From: an uncultured Alphaproteobacteria bacterium
GTDB taxonomy: Bacteria > Pseudomonadota > Alphaproteobacteria > MPNO01 > UBA2964
Assembly (NCBI GenBank): GCA_943787225.1
Contig: CALSLP010000002.1
Coordinates: forward strand, 274,648 to 338,647
DNA: 64,000 nucleotides
Reading direction: 5' to 3'
Below, one piece after another: positions 58,351 through 64,000 of this stretch. The notes under the pieces were generated by a model. It had not been told where the DNA came from, did not search any database, and was given only the letters and a program-made list of their open reading frames with translations. The stretch's first letter is position 1, and each line of letters opens with the position of its first letter. The position numbers were made by a program, and so were the translations under genes.

Positions 58351-59519
58351 GGCAGAATCTCCGTTTTTTTGACAGCCGCCACCAGGCGGTCGATATCGTC
58401 ATCAGAATGATGGGCCGCGAAGGTAAACCGCAACCGCGCCGTTCCCTCCGGAACCGTGGGGGGACGAATGGCGGTGACCAGAAAGCCGTCCTTTGCCAAA
58501 AGGTTCGACGCCGCCAGCGCCGCTTCAGCGGTACCGGTAATCAATGGCACAATCGTACTTTCTGGCTCGGGCAAACCGAGCTGGCGGGTAAAGCGCCGCG
58601 CTCGTTCCATAGGGATACGAATAAGCACCCCATCGTTCTCAATAATCTCGAGGGAAGCACTCGCCGCCGCAACCGCCGCTGGCGGCAGACCAGTGGCATA
58701 GATCAGACTGCGGGCGCGGTTAATCAACAAGTCAATCACTGGCTTTGTCGCGCAAATAAACCCACCATAGCTGCCGACGGCTTTCGACAATGTCCCCATC
58801 TGAAGCGGGATCCGGCCAGCAACGCCTGCTTCGGCGGCGCTGCCACGACCGTCACCAAGAACCCCGATGCCATGCGCATCATCAGTCATTAACCAGGCGT
58901 CACAGCGCTCCGCCAGATCACAGAGAGCCACCAAGGGTGCCCGGTCGCCATCCATGCTAAAGACGCCCTCGGTCATGATCAGGCAATGACGATAATCGCC
59001 GCGCTGTTCATCAAGAATCTTCTGGCAATCAGCGACATCATTGTGACGGTAAAACAGGCTGTCAGCGTTGGAAGCGCGAATGCCGGCATGCATGCTGGCA
59101 TGGGATAATTCATCGGCAAGAATAAGATCACCGCTACCAACCAAAACCGGCGGGATGCCCAGATTAGCCAGATAGCCGCTGCCAAACACCAGCGCCGCTT
59201 CGGTTTCTTTTAGCCGTGCCAGGCGCGTTTCAAGGTCTTCATAGAGGGGGTGGTTACCAGTGACCAGCCGCGATGCACCAGCACCGGCTCCATATTGTTC
59301 AATGGCTGCCAAGGCCGCCTGCTTGACCTGCGGATGTTGGGACAAGCCAAGATAGTCGTTACAACAGAATGAGATCATCTGCTGACCATCGCGAGTCGCC
59401 TGCCCGGCGTCTCCCCGCCCCGTCTCGGACAATGCACGCCGAAGCGCCGCCGCCTCAAGCTCTGCCAACTTGCTGCGCGCCATCTGTTCAATGCCTGACA
59501 CCGGCCCTCGTCCTTCCAT
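58347..59519 (-). CDS. bioF: 8-amino-7-oxononanoate synthase
   Basis: NDYLGL, the DDAHG and [14 protein letters not shown]-Lys motifs. Start ambiguous (59549, 59519 or 59483). Confidence 0.9.
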   Translation of the reverse strand: MEGRGPVSGIEQMARSKLAELEAAALRRALSETGRGDAGQATRDGQQMISFCCNDYLGLSQHPQVKQAALAAIEQYGAGAGASRLVTGNHPLYEDLETRLARLKETEAALVFGSGYLANLGIPPVLVGSGDLILADELSHASMHAGIRASNADSLFYRHNDVADCQKILDEQRGDYRHCLIMTEGVFSMDGDRAPLVALCDLAERCDAWLMTDDAHGIGVLGDGRGSAAEAGVAGRIPLQMGTLSKAVGSYGGFICATKPVIDLLINRARSLIYATGLPPAAVAAASASLEIIENDGVLIRIPMERARRFTRQLGLPEPESTIVPLITGTAEAALAASNLLAKDGFLVTAIRPPTVPEGTARLRFTFAAHHSDDDIDRLVAAVKKTEILP

Positions 59520-59603
59520 AGAATTTACAGCTGCAACTGCGAACTGCACCTTTCAGAATACTGCGTGTCGTCATACTATACGGCACTTCACAGGTATGGC
59601 GCG

Positions 59604-60611
59604 ATGGCACTTTCAAGCAAAGACGTAATTGAACGAACGGCTGCACAAGCAAGTCAGGCAGATATTCGTCACGACTGGACGTTGGCTGAGGCCGAAGATT
59701 TATTCTCAAGCCCGTTCAATGACTTACTGTTTCGGGCCCAGACCTTGCATCGGCAATATTTTACGCCCAATGAAGTCCAGATCAGTACGCTGCTCTCGAT
59801 CAAGACCGGCGGTTGTCCCGAAGATTGCGCCTATTGTCCGCAGAGTGCGCATTACGATACCGGCACCGACAAAGACGCGTTGATGGATATCGATTCGGTT
59901 TTGGCTGCTGCGCGCGAAGCCAAACGCGGCGGCGCGAGCCGATTTTGCATGGGGGCTGCCTGGCGCAGCCCGACAGACCGCGATCTCGATGCCGTCTGCA
60001 AGATGGTCGAAGGCGTCAAAGACCTCGGATTGGAAAGCTGTGTCACCCTCGGCATGCTCCGCGAGGAACAAGCAAAACGCCTCAGCGATTCCGGGCTTGA
60101 TTATTACAATCACAATATCGACACGTCGGAAGAATATTACAGCGAGATTATTACCACCCGAACATATGAAGACCGCCTCAACACCCTCGGCAATGTGCGA
60201 GATGCCGGTATCAATGTCTGTAGTGGCGGTATCGTCGGAATGGGTGAAACACCAAAAGACCGCGCAGGAATGCTGACGACTCTAGCCTCCCTGCCGGAGC
60301 ACCCGCAAAGTGTGCCAATCAATATGCTGGTTGCCGTCGAAGGCACACCGCTGTCAGACGTCCCGGCGATTGATGCCATTGAGTTCGCCCGCACCATCGC
60401 TGTGGCGCGGATCATGATGCCGGCCTCTGTTGTGCGCCTGTCAGCAGGACGTAATGACATGACCGATGAAGCGCAGGCACTCTGTTTCGCTGCTGGTGCC
60501 AATTCGATCTTTTATGGCGATGTGTTGCTGACAACCGACAACCCGGAACGTGAAGCCGATATGGCTCTGTTTGACCGGCTCGGTCTCAAACCTTCGGCCC
60601 CAACGACATAA
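59604..60611 (+). CDS. bioB: biotin synthase
   Basis: Radical-SAM [18 protein letters not shown] and the C-terminal Fe-S ligand region. ATG at 59604 preferred over the GTG at 59565. Confidence 0.95.
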   Translation: MALSSKDVIERTAAQASQADIRHDWTLAEAEDLFSSPFNDLLFRAQTLHRQYFTPNEVQISTLLSIKTGGCPEDCAYCPQSAHYDTGTDKDALMDIDSVLAAAREAKRGGASRFCMGAAWRSPTDRDLDAVCKMVEGVKDLGLESCVTLGMLREEQAKRLSDSGLDYYNHNIDTSEEYYSEIITTRTYEDRLNTLGNVRDAGINVCSGGIVGMGETPKDRAGMLTTLASLPEHPQSVPINMLVAVEGTPLSDVPAIDAIEFARTIAVARIMMPASVVRLSAGRNDMTDEAQALCFAAGANSIFYGDVLLTTDNPEREADMALFDRLGLKPSAPTT

Positions 60612-60621
60612 TCCAGGGGCA

Positions 60622-61935
60622 ATGACCCAGCCCTCCTCGCCAACGGATGCCGGTGCGCGCCGCGACCCAAGATTAAAACATCTCTGGCGACCTTATACCC
60701 AGATGCAGACCGAGGCTTTGCCGCTGACCGCGGTGGAAACCTGTGGCGCGCAGATCAAGCTGGCCGATGGGCGCTGGCTGATCGACGGAATCTCCTCCTG
60801 GTGGACGGCCTGTCACGGCTATAACCATGAGGCGATTGTCGGCGCGATGCACAAGCAGCTCGATGATATGCCGCATGTGATGCTGGGTGGCCTTACCCAT
60901 GAGCCAGCCCTGCAGCTCGCCACGCGGCTGGCGCAAATATTACCGGGTGCCGGTACGCCGGACGCCCTGCAGCATATCTTCTTTTCAGACTCCGGGTCAG
61001 TTGCTGTCGAAGTCGCGCTCAAGATGGCCGTTCAGTACTGGCACAATAAGGGCAGCGCAACCCGCACCCGCTTTGTCGCCTTTCAGCACGCCTATCATGG
61101 CGACACGACCGGCGCGATGTCAGTCTGTGACCCCGAAGAAGGCATGCATGCTCTCTTTAAAGGTGCCATCCCGGAACAGATCATCGTCGAGCTGCCCGAA
61201 ACCGTTGATCAGCTCGCGGCTTTTGAGCAGCTACTCATGGGCGGGCAAAGAGAGATTGCCGGGGTTATCATTGAGCCGCTGGTACAGGGCGCTGGCGGGA
61301 TGAAATTCCATTCGCCCGAGACTCTCGCCGCCATCGCCGACTGCTGCAAGCGACATGACATTCTGTTCATTGCCGATGAAATCGCCACCGGGTTTGGCCG
61401 CACCGGTACGATGTTTGCCTGCGAACAGGCGGAAATTGTTCCCGACATTATGTGTATCGGCAAGGCGCTCACCGGCGGTGCGATCGGCATGGCCGCCACG
61501 GCGGCGAACGAGAAAATCTTCTCAGCGTTTTTGTCGGATGATGCGACGACCGCCTTTATGCACGGGCCCACCTATATGGCGAACCCGTTAGCGGCAGCAG
61601 CAGCCAACGCCTCACTTGGTCTGTTTGAAGATGGTGAGCGGCTGGAACAGGTAGAGCGGATCGAAGATGCCCTGCGAGAGCAGCTCGAGCCCTGCCGGAA
61701 TATCCCGGGCATTGCAGATGTTCGGGTCAAAGGCGCTATCGGTGTGGTGCAAATGGCAGAGCCGCGCGACATAAACTGGCTACGGCAACGTTTTGCGGAA
61801 TTGAATGTATGGATCAGACCATTCGGCGACGTCGTCTATCTGATGCCGCCCTTTATCATTGGCGCAGACGAATTGACGGCCCTAACAGGGGCCGTCGTCA
61901 AAGTCATGAATGAGTGGTCAAAGAGAACCGGGTAA
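60622..61935 (+). CDS. bioA: adenosylmethionine-8-amino-7-oxononanoate aminotransferase
   Basis: SSWWTACHGYNH, FSDSGSVAVE, DEIATGFGRTG and KALTGG motifs. Starts at MTQPSS (60622). Confidence 0.95.
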   Translation: MTQPSSPTDAGARRDPRLKHLWRPYTQMQTEALPLTAVETCGAQIKLADGRWLIDGISSWWTACHGYNHEAIVGAMHKQLDDMPHVMLGGLTHEPALQLATRLAQILPGAGTPDALQHIFFSDSGSVAVEVALKMAVQYWHNKGSATRTRFVAFQHAYHGDTTGAMSVCDPEEGMHALFKGAIPEQIIVELPETVDQLAAFEQLLMGGQREIAGVIIEPLVQGAGGMKFHSPETLAAIADCCKRHDILFIADEIATGFGRTGTMFACEQAEIVPDIMCIGKALTGGAIGMAATAANEKIFSAFLSDDATTAFMHGPTYMANPLAAAAANASLGLFEDGERLEQVERIEDALREQLEPCRNIPGIADVRVKGAIGVVQMAEPRDINWLRQRFAELNVWIRPFGDVVYLMPPFIIGADELTALTGAVVKVMNEWSKRTG

Positions 61936-61953
61936 CCCCGGAAAAGAATCGGC

Positions 61954-62157
61954 CTAGAAACCTTCGATCTGCATCCGCTTGCGATCGAGCTTGCGGGTAC
62001 GGCGAACAGCTTCAGCCTTCTTCCGAACACGGCGTTCAGAAGGCTTCTCGTAAGAGCGATTGCGCTTCATTTCGCGCCAGATGCCCTCACGTTGCATCTT
62101 TTTCTTCAGCGCTTTAAGAGCGCCGTCGACATTATTATCACGAACAAATACTTGCAC
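61954..62157 (-). CDS. rpsU: 30S ribosomal protein S21
   Basis: (V)[45 protein letters not shown] start at 62157 with GGAG upstream. The longer track ORF over-extends. Confidence 0.9.
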   Translation of the reverse strand: MQVFVRDNNVDGALKALKKKMQREGIWREMKRNRSYEKPSERRVRKKAEAVRRTRKLDRKRMQIEGF

Positions 62158-62282
62158 GGTTTCCGGTATCTCCTTCCGACAAATAAGCCCCGCGAACACC
62201 AAGCCTCCGCAGGGGCCCGCTTATCTAACAAAAACCCGTCAGGAAAGAAACACCTAATACACGAATCTTGCAGGAAGAATTT

Positions 62283-63638
62283 TTAGGCCGTTTCCGGGAC
62301 TTTTGCCTTTTTAAGCGCGGCTTTCTGAGTTTGCGCCAATTTTTCGACGTCAAAGTCTTCAATCAGGTCGTTAAACAGCCGGTGCCAGTTCACTTCCGCG
62401 GCCAAATGGGTGAAAACCGACCCCAATCCAATGGCCGCCCGATCCATCAGAACGAACTCTCGCGGTGGCTTAACCCCGCCCAGCCGGTCCAGCTCTCGAT
62501 GAACCTGTGCCGCAACCTTCGCGCCATACATGGTGCCATCGGTTTCCTGAATCTTGCGTTTTTTATCCTCAAGCAGCGGCGCATAGATAAACGCCGCCCA
62601 CATATTGAGAACATCAATGATTTCCTGATTGAGACCTTTAAAGCCCCAGGTCTCATAGGCATGGACCGCCAAATCAGCATCATTATTCAGCAGTGAATTA
62701 TACAGATCGAGTACACCCTGGACAAAAGACGGGCCAAACACCCGGATACAGCCAAAATCGAGCAGGTTGATCGTGCCATCCGGCCGCACAGAATAATTGC
62801 CGAGGTGCGGATCACCGTGAATCACACCATAGTGATAAAATGGCACATACCACGCGCGAAACAGATTCTGCGCCACCTCATCACGTTTCTTCTGCGCCGC
62901 GCCTTTTACGGATAGAAGATTCTCACCCTCCAGCCAGCTCATCGCGAGCAGACGGTCTGTTGAGAGCGCCGGAAACGGTTTTGGCACATGCACGTTTTTT
63001 TCATCCGCCAGCATGTTGCCATACAGCGTCATGTGAGCGGCTTCGCGCTTATAGTCGAGTTCCTCACGCAGCCGTGCCGCTACCTCATTATGAATTTCGC
63101 GCGGGTCGACAGCCTTATCGTAGCGGCGATAGACAGCAAAGATAATCTTGAGTTGGCCTAAATCGGCTTCGACCGCCGATTGCATATCGGGATATTGCAA
63201 CTTACAGGCCAATGCCTCGCCCTTTTTGGTCTCGGCACGATGCACCTGACCCAGCGATGCTGCGGCCGCGGCGTCATGTTCAAATTCTTTGAATTTCTTT
63301 TGCCAATCCGGTCCCAGCTCCGCCGCCATTCGGCGTTTAACAAACAGCCAGCCCATCGCCGGCGCGTTGTTTTGCAAATGCGCCAGCTCTTCAACATATT
63401 CCGGCGGCAACATGTCGGGCACCGTCGACATGATCTGCGCCACTTTCATCAGCGGGCCCTTTAGACCGCCGAGGGCATCCCGCAGGTCACGCGCATGGGC
63501 ATCCTTGTCCAGGGTCGTCCCGAGATATTTAGCGCCCGCCAGCCGCGCCGCCAGCCCGCCAACCGCGCCACCGACCCGGGCATAGCGTTTTACCCGGCCA
63601 CCCAGCGTATTACGTTCGGAAGCGTCGTCAGAAGCCAT
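62283..63638 (-). CDS. ABC1/AarF/UbiB-family atypical kinase
   Basis: AAASLGQVH, the LDFGC (DFG-like) motif and a GDPHLGN catalytic-loop-like motif; 451 aa. Confidence 0.85.
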   Translation of the reverse strand: MASDDASERNTLGGRVKRYARVGGAVGGLAARLAGAKYLGTTLDKDAHARDLRDALGGLKGPLMKVAQIMSTVPDMLPPEYVEELAHLQNNAPAMGWLFVKRRMAAELGPDWQKKFKEFEHDAAAAASLGQVHRAETKKGEALACKLQYPDMQSAVEADLGQLKIIFAVYRRYDKAVDPREIHNEVAARLREELDYKREAAHMTLYGNMLADEKNVHVPKPFPALSTDRLLAMSWLEGENLLSVKGAAQKKRDEVAQNLFRAWYVPFYHYGVIHGDPHLGNYSVRPDGTINLLDFGCIRVFGPSFVQGVLDLYNSLLNNDADLAVHAYETWGFKGLNQEIIDVLNMWAAFIYAPLLEDKKRKIQETDGTMYGAKVAAQVHRELDRLGGVKPPREFVLMDRAAIGLGSVFTHLAAEVNWHRLFNDLIEDFDVEKLAQTQKAALKKAKVPETA

Positions 63639-63642
63639 CGTT

Positions 63643-64000
63643 TCAACCGATCGCTTCGAGCTCGTCGATCAATCCAGACACGACACCGAGCCCCTTTGAC
63701 CAGAATTTTGGATCAGACGCATTGAGCCCAAATGGCGCGAGGAGTTCTTTATGATGCAATGTGCCACCGGCGCGCAGCATATCGAGATAACGCTCGGCAA
63801 ACCCTTCATTGGCGTTTTCATAAACCGCATAAAGTGAGTTCACCAAACAATCGCCAAACGCATAGGCATAGACATAGAACGGCGAGTGAATGAAATGCGG
63901 AATGTAGGTCCAAAAGTATTTGTACTCATTATGGAAACGGATAGCCGGGCCAAGGCTCTCGGCCTGAATGTCCATCCAGATATCGCAGATACGATCAGCG
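63643..64000 (-). CDS. M3-family oligoendopeptidase (PepF-like), C-terminal part only (N-terminus lies beyond the window edge)
   Basis: The frame is open to nt 64000. The C-terminal pattern HFIHSPFYVYAYAFGDCLVNSLY...YLDMLRAGGTLHHKELLAPFGLNASDPKFW is typical of M3B peptidases. The HExxH motif is not in the window. Confidence 0.6.
   Translation of the reverse strand, partial: ADRICDIWMDIQAESLGPAIRFHNEYKYFWTYIPHFIHSPFYVYAYAFGDCLVNSLYAVYENANEGFAERYLDMLRAGGTLHHKELLAPFGLNASDPKFWSKGLGVVSGLIDELEAIG

Noticed and set aside
1-64000. A scan for tRNA, rRNA, tmRNA, CRISPR arrays, prophage or integrative elements, toxin-antitoxin pairs and known defence-system gene sets.
   Set aside because: None was found by eye. 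All intergenic regions longer than 120 nt were read on both strands, and none shows cloverleaf-like or repeat-spacer structure. A tRNAscan/Infernal run would be needed to make this definitive.

Overview
This 64-kb window looks like core chromosome of an alphaproteobacterium. That assignment is an inference from gene content (CpdR-like regulator, TIGR02302/DUF4175 protein next to lysA, split pntAA/pntAB/pntB, metXW, DUF2125, COQ9-like protein, tlpA divergent from argH); no rRNA or tRNA is present to confirm it. I call about 66 protein-coding genes, tightly packed, with many 1-4 nt start/stop overlaps. They cover electron-transfer flavoprotein and butyryl-CoA metabolism (etfBA, hbd, thiolase, prpE), amino-acid biosynthesis (argH, lysA, hisC, tyrC, chorismate mutase, metXW), cell division (ftsEX), class II ribonucleotide reductase, transhydrogenase (pntAA-AB-B), a divergent biotin cluster (bioFD / bioBA), glyoxalase II plus GST, two c-di-GMP enzymes and a hybrid histidine kinase. 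I found no tRNA, rRNA, CRISPR array, transposase, integrase or recognisable defence system. No convincing novel multi-gene system is visible. Four things deserve a second look. (1) Fifteen frame-disrupting lesions hit 11 otherwise recognisable genes, including nrdJ, hisC, plsC and hpt; all lie in the first 39.4 kb and six lie within 35.1-39.4 kb. (2) A terminator/antiterminator leader with a 37-codon uORF sits just upstream of a MATE efflux gene. (3) A 199-bp tract of about 87 % A+T, full of repeated motifs, lies between a PAS-GGDEF-EAL gene and an orphan 104-codon ORF. (4) Several short elements are absent from the ORF track: a 43-aa lipoprotein coupled between argH and lysA, a 54-aa DUF465 gene, a tandem 23-bp operator-like repeat and a perfect 20-bp palindrome. 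All functional calls come from reading the translated ORFs for family motifs; no database search was run.
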